The notes below the pieces were generated by a model that searched no databases, was not told the DNA's origin, and was given only the letters and a program-made list of their open reading frames with translations. The position numbers and the translations under genes are program-made. From assembly GCA_963665275.2 (NCBI GenBank), contig CAXXIN010000004.1:32001-96000 (forward strand): a stretch of DNA of 64,000 nt, in the 5' to 3' direction. Source of the stretch: Negativicutes bacterium. Its GTDB lineage: Bacteria; Bacillota; Negativicutes; UBA1444. This document shows, in pieces, positions 40,377 through 49,100 of the stretch; within the stretch, counting starts at the first letter, position 1; every line of letters begins with the position of its first letter.

Positions 40377-42262
40377 TGCGCTTCCTCAGGAATCATTCTT
40401 CCGTCACCCACAATAGTGCCATCCTTCCCGTCAATCAAACGCAAGCGTCTTACCCGGGTACCCTGGTACGTTGGTACCATCTTTGCAAGAGCATTGATTA
40501 TTTTGTCGGAATCATCCATGTTTTTCAGTGCGATTAATCCTTCATTCAGCTTATCTTCATCAACGTTTTTCAAATTAGCCATATAAATTTTTTCATGTTT
40601 CGTTGCTGTGCTGCCTTCTTCAGCCGATAATATCTCCTCGAACAATTTTTCCCCCGGCCGCAAGCCGGTATACTCAATCTTTATATCCTTATAGGGAGTG
40701 AGTCCAGTAAGTTCAATCAAGTTACAAGCCAAATCAGTAATTTTTATCGGCTCACCCATGTCGAGCACAAACACTTCTCCGCCAAGAGCCATCGCACTTG
40801 CCTGTAGGACCAGCTGAGAAGCTTCAGGAATTGTCATGAAGTAACGGCACATCTCGGGATGGGTTATGGTAAGGGCCTCTCCCCGGGCGATTTGTTTACG
40901 GAACAGTTGCACTACGCTGCCGCGACTGCCCAATACATTTCCAAACCGCACGGCGGTAAACTTGGTAGAGCTTTTCCCATTCAGTGAACAAATTACCATT
41001 TCTGCTACTCTCTTGGTGACCCCCATAACACTGGACGGGTTGATCGCCTTATCAGTGGAAACCATGACGAAGCATTCCGTTTCCACTGACATTGCTGCTT
41101 TGGCCACTACCATCGTCCCAAATATATTATTCTGCACCGCTTCAACCGGCTGGCTCTCCATAAGAGGAACATGTTTGTGCGCTGCCGCATGAAAAACAAT
41201 CTCGGGACGTCGTTCAGCAAATATGGCGCGAATTCTTTTTTCATCGCGTACATCGGCAATGATCGGCTCAATCTCCAAATGGGGATACTTCCCTAGAAGT
41301 TCACGTTCGATTTCAAAAATATTATTTTCACTCTTCCCTAATAAATATATTTTCCCTGGTGATAGTTTGGCCACTTGCCGGCAGATCTCCGATCCGATCG
41401 AACCGCCGGCGCCAGTTATCAAAACTCGTTTTTCCCTCAGTTGCCTTCGCATAAGAGCAACATCCAATTTGACCGGTTCACGGCGGAGCAAATCCTCCAG
41501 GTTTACATCACGCAGCTGTCGGAGTGTCACCATCCCGTCTATCATTTCATGAAGGGCCGGAACAATTTGAACTTTGCACTGGGTTTCCCTGCACATCGTT
41601 ACTACATCTCGAACCAGAAGGCTACGTGCCGACGGAATCGCAACAACGATCTCGTTCACTCCCAATTGTGCAACAATCTTAGCGATGTCATTCCGTCCAC
41701 CCAATACTCCCACGCCATTTATAATGCATCCTTGTTTCGACGGGTCGTCATCGATGAATCCCACAATCTTCTTGTTGCCGCCATAGTGGGCGCGAATTTC
41801 TTTAACAATCCACGATCCAACATCTCCTGCCCCAAAGACCAACACTTTATCAGGCTTACCGAGAAACTTTTGACACTTATTGGAGGCAATCCTTACGGCC
41901 AACCGTATCCCGCCAACCATGGCAATATTGAGAATCCCGCACAATAAATATAAACTTCTCGGCAAGATAACCCCGCCCGCCTGGGCAAGCAAAAACAAAA
42001 CAGCCTGTCCCAATGTGATCGCCCCAACGATGGCAAAAAGTTCATGGGTTCCAGCATACTTCCAAACGCGGTGATACAATTTGAATACAACAAAAGCGCT
42101 TAATTGAACAGCCAACAATATCGGAATGTTAACAATGATGCTGTCCAAGTAAGCGCTTCCCGCCACTTCATCCAGCCGAAGAAACAATGCAGCAAACGGA
42201 CTAATAATCAACGCCAGCGTATCTGCAGCAATTAATCCAAAACGATTGATTTCTGATCGCAA
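40373..42262 (-). CDS. membrane-bound UDP-GlcNAc 4,6-dehydratase (PglF/EpsC/CapD)
   Basis: 4 TM; GAGGSIGSE, HAAAHKHVP, STDKA, MGVTK and RFGNVLGSRGSV motifs. Confidence 0.95.
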   Translation of the reverse strand: MRSEINRFGLIAADTLALIISPFAALFLRLDEVAGSAYLDSIIVNIPILLAVQLSAFVVFKLYHRVWKYAGTHELFAIVGAITLGQAVLFLLAQAGGVILPRSLYLLCGILNIAMVGGIRLAVRIASNKCQKFLGKPDKVLVFGAGDVGSWIVKEIRAHYGGNKKIVGFIDDDPSKQGCIINGVGVLGGRNDIAKIVAQLGVNEIVVAIPSARSLLVRDVVTMCRETQCKVQIVPALHEMIDGMVTLRQLRDVNLEDLLRREPVKLDVALMRRQLREKRVLITGAGGSIGSEICRQVAKLSPGKIYLLGKSENNIFEIERELLGKYPHLEIEPIIADVRDEKRIRAIFAERRPEIVFHAAAHKHVPLMESQPVEAVQNNIFGTMVVAKAAMSVETECFVMVSTDKAINPSSVMGVTKRVAEMVICSLNGKSSTKFTAVRFGNVLGSRGSVVQLFRKQIARGEALTITHPEMCRYFMTIPEASQLVLQASAMALGGEVFVLDMGEPIKITDLACNLIELTGLTPYKDIKIEYTGLRPGEKLFEEILSAEEGSTATKHEKIYMANLKNVDEDKLNEGLIALKNMDDSDKIINALAKMVPTYQGTRVRRLRLIDGKDGTIVGDGRMIPEEAH

Positions 42263-42304
42263 TCCAATTCACCGCCTTTTCCCAGAAAACTTGACTATCG
42301 AAAC

Positions 42305-42979
42305 CTACGAAGCATGATATATAAACTCTTCGTCCAATTTGACGTCATTTAGCACTGTACCGATCAAGTTCGCCCTGGCGCCGTGGAGCAGTTCGACCGC
42401 TTTTTTCGCAGTTTTTGTTTTCACGCTTCGGCTGTCGATCACTAAAATAACACCATCAACTTTTGAAGCCACAATGCAGGCGTCTGATATGATGGTGGAT
42501 GCCCTGATTATCAACGGCGAACTGACTAGCAGTACATAATCCGCCATTGTCTTCAGAGTTTCCAGCAACTCCCTCAACTTCGAATTCGATAGCAATTCAA
42601 CTGGACTTTGGGGAATGGATCCACTAGCCAGCACTGTCAAACCCTCGATATCCGTTTTTTGCAGCGCCTCGTCAATCGATTTATCTTCCATAATGATATT
42701 GGTAATTCCAAAGAAATTTAACTGAAAAAATTCCTGCACTATCGGGCGACGCATGTCACAGTCGACCAGAATGACCTTTTTCCCAGCGTACGCCAGTGTA
42801 ACCGCCGCGTTGATTGCAGTCATCGAATCTCCATCGCCGGAACTAGCCGTCGTAAACAGGATAGTCTTCACTCCTGATGTCTCTTGCGCATCCTGAATGG
42901 CCGCACTTAGCGCTCGAAACGATTCAGCCACTGAAGATTGTTCGCGATCTTTGAGAATATATCGATTTTGCTTTGTCAC
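42305..42979 (-). CDS. CpsD/CapB-family BY-kinase homologue with degenerate catalytic motifs
   Basis: AESFR, LVDCDMRRP and P.ELL retained; Walker A GDGDS, Walker B LLVSSP, no Tyr cluster. Confidence 0.88.
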   Translation of the reverse strand: MTKQNRYILKDREQSSVAESFRALSAAIQDAQETSGVKTILFTTASSGDGDSMTAINAAVTLAYAGKKVILVDCDMRRPIVQEFFQLNFFGITNIIMEDKSIDEALQKTDIEGLTVLASGSIPQSPVELLSNSKLRELLETLKTMADYVLLVSSPLIIRASTIISDACIVASKVDGVILVIDSRSVKTKTAKKAVELLHGARANLIGTVLNDVKLDEEFIYHAS

Positions 42980-42981
42980 AA

Positions 42982-44370
42982 TCAGCCCTCCCTGCTCTTA
43001 GCTTCTGCGGAATTGATAACTTGCGGCGCCTTTTGTTTAATATCCCTCCATGCAGGTTGTTTATCTTTTTGATAGCTATAACTGGGTATGCTGCCAATGA
43101 CACGCAACCCCAGGAGCCGTTTTACATCTTCAGCGGTGTCAATCGTCTTGTAGAAATAATCAGCGAAGAAACTGGATGTGATTCCGGCAAATAGACCCAC
43201 CAGGCACGCAATAGCCACGTTTAACAGCCAACGCGGTCGGGCGGCTTTATTGGGCAACGCTGCAACATCAACCACCTGAACATTGGTCGGTTGCATAACT
43301 TCATTGATACGGGCATCCTCATATCGTTTTGAAAGCATGACATATAATTCTTGCGCCACGGTATAATTGAGCGTCAGGCGGGCCAGTCCCTGTTCTTTTG
43401 CCGGCAACATCGCCATTTCTTGTTCGTCCTTGTTGCTTAGCCGCTCTAAAGTTGCTCTCTGCGCCTGTCCAAGCGCCATTTCACCTCGGGCAATGCGGGC
43501 CAGTTCTTCATTCAGCTTGGCTCGATTTTCCGCCATAGCCGCCCGTAAAGTCAGCACTTTGGGGTGATTTTCCGTATAATTTTTTAGTAACCCAGCCATT
43601 TCTGCTTCCTGGTCCGCCAGACGATTTTTGTAGTTGGCAACAACGGCAGTGTCCGGCATAATCGTAGGGCTTCGCATCTGAGCCCAGGCTCTTTCGAGCG
43701 CCAGCTGATTATCAACTTCCAATTTTTTTATATTTGCCTGGCGTTCAATAAAACTTCTAGTCTGTTCGCTGATGGATACGGCCTGATTTTTTTGTTTATA
43801 TTCGACCACTGCTTTTTCGGCTGCATCCAAGTCGCGCTTCGCTTCTTCCATACGTCCGCCAATGAAAATTCGTGATTCTTTCCCCTGAAGTCTAACAATA
43901 TCAGTCAATTTCGCATTGAATGTAGTTAACAGGAAATCCGCCGCTTTTTGGGCCTTAACCGGTGATTCCGCCAGGATGCTCAAAATGAGCATTTCCGTAC
44001 CGCGTACCGGCTTTGCGTCTATTGCTTTGACCATTTCGGAATAAGGTGGTTTTTCTGCTTCATCAGCATACATATAGTCAATGACCGGCTGGACAACAGC
44101 TCTGCTTTTGACGATTTCCGCATAAGTCAATATTTGCTGTTGTACCATTTGTTCTGAGACCGGCGCTGAAACGGTGTCGGTCACGCCCCGTGGGTACTGA
44201 ATGCGTATGCTGACATTTCCCTCGTACTGTGTCGGTTGAAAATAGCTGAAAATCAGCGCGATAAGAATGGCGCTCCCAACTATTCCATAGACAATTTTTC
44301 GTCGCCGACCGATAATGGCCACTATATTACGCATCTCCATTTTTTCATCGTGCATGATTGTGCCTCCCAT
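42982..44370 (-). CDS. polysaccharide co-polymerase (GumC/Wzc N-terminal, PCP-2)
   Basis: two TM segments, coiled coil, YTENHP, VQVVDVA.LP and LGLRVIGSIP. Confidence 0.9.
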   Translation of the reverse strand: MGGTIMHDEKMEMRNIVAIIGRRRKIVYGIVGSAILIALIFSYFQPTQYEGNVSIRIQYPRGVTDTVSAPVSEQMVQQQILTYAEIVKSRAVVQPVIDYMYADEAEKPPYSEMVKAIDAKPVRGTEMLILSILAESPVKAQKAADFLLTTFNAKLTDIVRLQGKESRIFIGGRMEEAKRDLDAAEKAVVEYKQKNQAVSISEQTRSFIERQANIKKLEVDNQLALERAWAQMRSPTIMPDTAVVANYKNRLADQEAEMAGLLKNYTENHPKVLTLRAAMAENRAKLNEELARIARGEMALGQAQRATLERLSNKDEQEMAMLPAKEQGLARLTLNYTVAQELYVMLSKRYEDARINEVMQPTNVQVVDVAALPNKAARPRWLLNVAIACLVGLFAGITSSFFADYFYKTIDTAEDVKRLLGLRVIGSIPSYSYQKDKQPAWRDIKQKAPQVINSAEAKSREG

Positions 44371-44397
44371 GGCTTATTTTTTTATGCGCCTGTTTTT

Positions 44398-45099
44398 TCA
44401 CCATGCGTTCGGATTGGCCATCCAAGTAATCATGTAGGCAGCATTGATCAGCGGGACGATGTCCTGTGCAAAGTCGATTCTGTGGTTTTCAGTCAGGTAC
44501 ACGATATCCCCTTGCTGAAGCGGATAATTCTTACTTGTATCGCCCTCTTTGAGCAATGCCATCAAATTGACTTTAAGCGGCGCTTCACCTTTTTGGTTTT
44601 TTCGAATGACATAGACTTTTGTTTTTGCCGCATTTTTTGTCCATCCTTTTGCGGCGCCAATTGCGTCCAAAAGATTTCTGCTCTTGTCCAGCTCGTAAGA
44701 TCCCGGTTGATTTACCTCTCCCAACACATAGACTCTTTCTGTGCCAAGTCGCACTATATTCACGCTGACGGTGGGATTAACATATAAGGATTCAAGTTTT
44801 CCTGTCAATAATTGAGAAAACTCTTTCGTTGTCATCCCTTGAGCCACAATTTCTCCCAGAAACGGATAAGTTATCTTCCCATCTGGCCGAATTGTAATCC
44901 CTTCAGGTTGCCCCATGGAAGGAAAACTGAGTTCAGGATAACCATAGACATTGATGGATAATACATCTCCCGAATGCAGCACATAATCATTTCCGGTCTG
45001 GGGCACACTCGGAACTTGGTTTGTATTGGCGACTGCTGCGTTTACCTGTGGTATAAAACCAAGAAGAAGAAAAAGAAGAATCAACATGCACTTTTTCAT
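44398..45099 (-). CDS. Wza/OPX polysaccharide export protein (Poly_export + SLBB)
   Basis: YVLHSGD, IRPDGKITYPFLG, VYVLGEVNQPG and LQQGDIV motifs. Confidence 0.92.
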   Translation of the reverse strand: MKKCMLILLFLLLGFIPQVNAAVANTNQVPSVPQTGNDYVLHSGDVLSINVYGYPELSFPSMGQPEGITIRPDGKITYPFLGEIVAQGMTTKEFSQLLTGKLESLYVNPTVSVNIVRLGTERVYVLGEVNQPGSYELDKSRNLLDAIGAAKGWTKNAAKTKVYVIRKNQKGEAPLKVNLMALLKEGDTSKNYPLQQGDIVYLTENHRIDFAQDIVPLINAAYMITWMANPNAW

Positions 45100-45166
45100 C
45101 TGGAATCCTCCTTATTAATTGATTATGCGGCCCATTTCTTGACTGAAACGTAATAAATCCAATAAA

Positions 45167-45454
45167 TTACTGCTTGCTAGCTGCAAATATGGCTGTTGCT
45201 TTAATAAGAATTTCATTAGTCAACTCGAGGCCTTCCAAACGACGTTTCGTTTCTTTCAATTCTTTTTCCAACTGTACAACCTTTAAGCGAGCGGCCGGTT
45301 TTCTTTCACCAGTGTTTTTCATCCAATTTCTCAAGGTTTGATCGCTTATTTCAAATTTCTTTGCGGCTGATGCGATCGTGTTTCCGGGTTGTTGGCTGTA
45401 CGCTATCGCCTTCTTCTTGAATTCTTCAGGGTAACGATTTCCTTTTTTCGACAC
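45167..45454 (-). CDS. IS3-family OrfA-like HTH/coiled-coil protein, solitary
   Basis: RYPEEFK..A...TIASAAKKFEISDQTLRNW HTH plus LEKEL...NEILIKATAIFA; GTG at 45454 after GGAGGAG; no OrfB. Confidence 0.85.
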   Translation of the reverse strand: MSKKGNRYPEEFKKKAIAYSQQPGNTIASAAKKFEISDQTLRNWMKNTGERKPAARLKVVQLEKELKETKRRLEGLELTNEILIKATAIFAASKQ

Positions 45455-45517
45455 GGCTATCTCCTCCATTGAGAAAATTCGGTTTCATCCCCCTGGCTCA
45501 GCTCTCGCATATCGGCC

Positions 45518-45572
45518 AAAAACAAAAGATTGCCTGACTATCGACGCTTAGCGCCTGCAGCCTGGCAATCTT
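45518..45572 (-). terminator. riboswitch expression-platform terminator
   Basis: AAGATTGCC...GGCAATCTT stem plus TTGTTTTT; 5' arm shared with the aptamer. Confidence 0.75.
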
Positions 45573-45642
45573 GAACGGATAACCGTCGACAGACCCAGTG
45601 CTTTGCGTCACTGCCTTTTAGCAGTTTTGCCCAACGAGCATT
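45552..45642 (-). ncRNA. c-di-GMP-I (GEMM-I) riboswitch
   Basis: GGGCAAAACTGCT-AAAA-GGCAGTGACGCAAAGCACTGGGTCT...AAGATTGCCAGGCTGCA. Confidence 0.88.
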
Positions 45643-45646
45643 ATGA

Positions 45647-45675
45647 AGTTTAATGGAACCCTAACCTGATTGCAC
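45647..45675 (-). promoter_or_regulatory. candidate sigma-A promoter for the riboswitch leader
   Basis: GTGCAA-N17-TAAACT, placing +1 at the 5' edge of the aptamer. Confidence 0.4.
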
Positions 45676-45925
45676 TTACGCTGTTGTTCCTAAGTCTCCC
45701 AACTTGATTCAAGTAAAAAAAACAAGATGCGATAGTTGCACATTCCCTATTTTTCGGCACTACCGACCCTCTACGGTTTGATTGTATCCCAATTCGTTTC
45801 TAACTGTCATTATCGCTTTTGTTTAACAAATACCAAAAAAAAAATGCGAGAGTTATACAACTCGCACAAAAGACTTTTGAAAACATTTAAGAATTCCTAT
45901 TTCACAAGATCGAATATAATAGGGA

Positions 45926-46849
45926 GTGGTTGCGTTGTCCAGACTCTTTACCTGGCTGTTTGTCCATCCACAATGGTTCATCGCCTATCGCGCCCGAAGG
46001 CCTTTTTCTCTGCCTTACACCTCAACTGGATTTACGATTATAAAACCCGCCCCGGGCAAGTTTTTTGCTGATCCTTTTGCGGTCACATACAACAATAGGA
46101 CCTATCTGATATTTGAAGAATACTTATTTGAAAAAGCAAAAGGGGTAATTAGTTTTGTTGAAATCGATGCAGCTGGAAACTCTTCAAAACCCCAAATAGT
46201 TCTTGAGCGTGATTATCATCTCTCCTACCCTTTTATCTTCCGCTGGAACGAAAAAATATATATGATACCGGAGACAGCCGCTAATAGCACGATCGAATTA
46301 TACTCAACGGACAACTTTCCCTATGAATGGAAATTAGAAAAAGTGATGATGCAGGGCCTGAAGGCACATGATACGACAATTTGGGTGTCTAATGGTCAGC
46401 TCTGGATGTTTGCTATAATTGACGCATCAACCGAACCTTATAGCAATTTATCGATATTTTATGCGGATGATCTGTTCGGAAATTGGAGTCCCCATCCTCA
46501 AAACCCTGTAGTTTCAGACAAAAGCAGGGCACGCCCGGCAGGAAATCTGTTTATCCACGAGGGGGCGCTAATCCGTCCAGGACAAAACTCACTCAAACGT
46601 TATGGTCACTCGATAAAGTTTAACAAGGTAGTATCTCTGACAAAAAGCAATTATCAGGAAACTGAGCTTTCACATTTTACTCCAGATTGGCATCCAGGGA
46701 ATTTATGCACCCACACTTATAATTTCAACGAGAGACTCGAAGTTATTGACGGAATGGAACCAAGAATTGATTGGTTCAAGCCCTATCGAAAAATTGTTTC
46801 AAAAATACATAAGCTGAGGAATTTTAATTCCTCAGCTTATAACGAATAG
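45926..46849 (+). CDS. GH43-like five-bladed beta-propeller (GINT1 N-terminal-like) protein
   Basis: FFADPF, HLSYPFIF, YMIPET, ARPAG, RPGQN..YG and THTYN motifs. Confidence 0.78.
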   Translation: MVALSRLFTWLFVHPQWFIAYRARRPFSLPYTSTGFTIIKPAPGKFFADPFAVTYNNRTYLIFEEYLFEKAKGVISFVEIDAAGNSSKPQIVLERDYHLSYPFIFRWNEKIYMIPETAANSTIELYSTDNFPYEWKLEKVMMQGLKAHDTTIWVSNGQLWMFAIIDASTEPYSNLSIFYADDLFGNWSPHPQNPVVSDKSRARPAGNLFIHEGALIRPGQNSLKRYGHSIKFNKVVSLTKSNYQETELSHFTPDWHPGNLCTHTYNFNERLEVIDGMEPRIDWFKPYRKIVSKIHKLRNFNSSAYNE

Positions 46850-46855
46850 TTGCGG

Positions 46856-48184
46856 TTATTCAGTTTCGTGCCACCCCGCTACGTCCACCGTCCCTGCAAT
46901 CAAATCGCCAACCGGCAACGGCTCCGCCGCCAAATGGATGGCCTCCCTGATGAGCCGCTGCGCCTGGGCCGGATCAACGGTTTCACCAAAAAACAACGTA
47001 GCCAGCAAATCCCCCGATCCAACGTAATCGCCGCACCGTCGATGCAGTTTGATTCCTGCCGTCAGGTCAATTGCGTCGCCTTTTTTTGTCCTGCCAGCTC
47101 CCAGCAGAATCGCCGCACGGCCCAGGTCGGCCGAATCCATGCGGGCAATATATCCTTTTTGTTCGGCCCGCAGTTCAAGCGACCGGGATGCGCTTCCAAG
47201 CAAAGCCCTCTCTTGCACGACACGGGCGTCACCACCCTGCGCCGCAACAAATTCCTGAAATTTCGCCAACCCGGCGCCGTTATCGAGTATGTTTCGAATT
47301 CGCGCACTTGCTTCAGGAAGCTGCAAATCCGGCTGAGCCAACCGCAACAGTTGCACTGCCAAAAGGACGCAAAAATCACTTAGCCGCGCATCGCCGGAGC
47401 CGGACAGAACCTCGATCGCTTCCGCCACTTCCAGGCTGTTGCCGATGGCAGTTCCCAGAGGTTCCTCCATACTGCTGATGAGGGCCGCCGTTTCACGGCC
47501 AGCGCTTGTGCCGATATCGACCATCACCCCGGCGAGCTCCAGCGCATCAGACACGGTTTTCATGAAAGCGCCGCTGCCATATTTTACATCCAATAAAATT
47601 TTATCCGCACCGGCGGCTATTTTTTTGCTCATTACCGAGGCCGCGATCAGTGGGATACTGTCCACCGTGGCGGTGACATCGCGCAGCGCATATAGTTTGC
47701 CGTCAGCTGGAGCAAGGTCTGCGGTCTGCCCCATCACGGCCATTCCGACCCGCTGCACCTGTTCGATGAATTCGGCAGTTGTAAGGGATGTGCGAAAACC
47801 CGGTATGGACTCCAGTTTGTCGATCGTGCCGCCGGTGAATCCCAATCCTCTTCCTGACAGTTTGGCTACCTTCACACCGGCTGCCGCAACCAATGGAATC
47901 ACGATCAGCGTCGTAGTGTCAGCCACACCGCCTGTGCTATGCTTATCGACTTTCACTCCGTCTATCATCGAAAGATCCAACTGGGTCCCGGAATCTGCCA
48001 TCGCCAGGGTCAGCGCGACCGTTTCCGCTGATGAAAGTCCACGAAACCACACCGCCATCAGCCAGGCTGCCAGTTGATAATCCGGTATTTCGCCCGTGGT
48101 GCAACCCTGGATGATAAAACGGATTTCATCAGCCCCATGGAATCCGCCCTGTTTCTTCTTTTCGATCAGATCTACCATGCGCAT
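46856..48184 (-). CDS. pdp: pyrimidine-nucleoside phosphorylase
   Basis: DKHSTGGV, SGRGLGFTGGTIDKLESIPG and ALRDVTATV motifs. Confidence 0.95.
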   Translation of the reverse strand: MRMVDLIEKKKQGGFHGADEIRFIIQGCTTGEIPDYQLAAWLMAVWFRGLSSAETVALTLAMADSGTQLDLSMIDGVKVDKHSTGGVADTTTLIVIPLVAAAGVKVAKLSGRGLGFTGGTIDKLESIPGFRTSLTTAEFIEQVQRVGMAVMGQTADLAPADGKLYALRDVTATVDSIPLIAASVMSKKIAAGADKILLDVKYGSGAFMKTVSDALELAGVMVDIGTSAGRETAALISSMEEPLGTAIGNSLEVAEAIEVLSGSGDARLSDFCVLLAVQLLRLAQPDLQLPEASARIRNILDNGAGLAKFQEFVAAQGGDARVVQERALLGSASRSLELRAEQKGYIARMDSADLGRAAILLGAGRTKKGDAIDLTAGIKLHRRCGDYVGSGDLLATLFFGETVDPAQAQRLIREAIHLAAEPLPVGDLIAGTVDVAGWHETE

Positions 48185-48200
48185 TTTGCTTGCCCCCTCC

Positions 48201-49088
48201 CTATGCCCGGGGATGAGTCCGGTTGTAAACCTCTTTTAATCTTGTACGCGTGACATGGGTGTAAATTTGCGTGGTTGTAATATCGGCATGCCCCAGCATC
48301 TCCTGAACCGAGCGGAGATCCGCACCATGATCAAGAAGATGCGTGGCGAAAGAGTGGCGCAACATGTGTGGCGTCACTCTTACTGTTATGCCGACGCGCA
48401 GTGCGGCTTCCCGAATGATCAGCCAAAAAGCCTGCCGGGACATTGCATGGCCCCGTTGATTGAGAAACAGGGTATCCTCAATCGTGCGACTCAACAATTT
48501 GGGTCTTCCCCGTTTCAGATAGTCTTCCACCGCTTTTTGGGCGGTCCCCCCCATCGGCACGATCCGTTCTTTTGATCCTTTGCCGAAACAGCGGATGTAT
48601 CCCATCTCCAGGTTGAGTTCCGAGACTTTGAGTGTCACCAGTTCCGAAACCCTGACACCAGTCGCGTACATCAGCTCCAGCATGGCCCGGTCACGCAGCA
48701 GGGCTGGGGTCAAAGTTCCCGGTTGTTCAAGCAATAGTGCGATTTCGGTTTCGCCCAGCACTTTGGGCAACCGCTGCGGTATTTTCAAAGAATCGATCGT
48801 CCCCGAAGGATCTTTTTTCAGATGCCGTTCCCTGACCGCATATTGAAAAAAGCTGCGTATCGCAGCCAATTTGCGGGAAATAGAAGTAGCCCGCAAGCTT
48901 TTCAGCTGCAGGCTTCTCAGATAACCCACTACAGTATTGGCCTGAACCTGCGCCGGACTGTCGATCCGCTGTTCAGTGAGGTACGCGGCGAACTGGCGCA
49001 AATCTCTTTCATAGGCTTGGATCGTGTTGCGAGACAGGCCCCGCTCCACTGACATATAGTTCAAAAATTCCTGCATCAGATCATCCAT
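48201..49088 (-). CDS. xerD: tyrosine recombinase XerD
   Basis: ERGLSRNT, YATGVRVSEL, GKGSKER, HMLRHSFATH and LGHADITTTQIYTH; nudF-xerD-pdp synteny. Confidence 0.93.
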   Translation of the reverse strand: MDDLMQEFLNYMSVERGLSRNTIQAYERDLRQFAAYLTEQRIDSPAQVQANTVVGYLRSLQLKSLRATSISRKLAAIRSFFQYAVRERHLKKDPSGTIDSLKIPQRLPKVLGETEIALLLEQPGTLTPALLRDRAMLELMYATGVRVSELVTLKVSELNLEMGYIRCFGKGSKERIVPMGGTAQKAVEDYLKRGRPKLLSRTIEDTLFLNQRGHAMSRQAFWLIIREAALRVGITVRVTPHMLRHSFATHLLDHGADLRSVQEMLGHADITTTQIYTHVTRTRLKEVYNRTHPRA

Positions 49089-49100
49089 AGCCCACTCCCG

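Noticed and set aside
45100-45520. Intact IS3 element
   Set aside because: No OrfB, no frameshift motif, no recognisable inverted repeats or target duplication.
45736-46071. 111-aa plus-strand ORF upstream of the beta-propeller gene
   Set aside because: No RBS, spans AT-rich promoter DNA and overlaps the real gene out of frame.
48201-49088. Island integrase for the polysaccharide locus
   Set aside because: Sequence and nudF-yqxK-xerD-pdp synteny fit housekeeping XerD; no att repeats seen at the locus edges.
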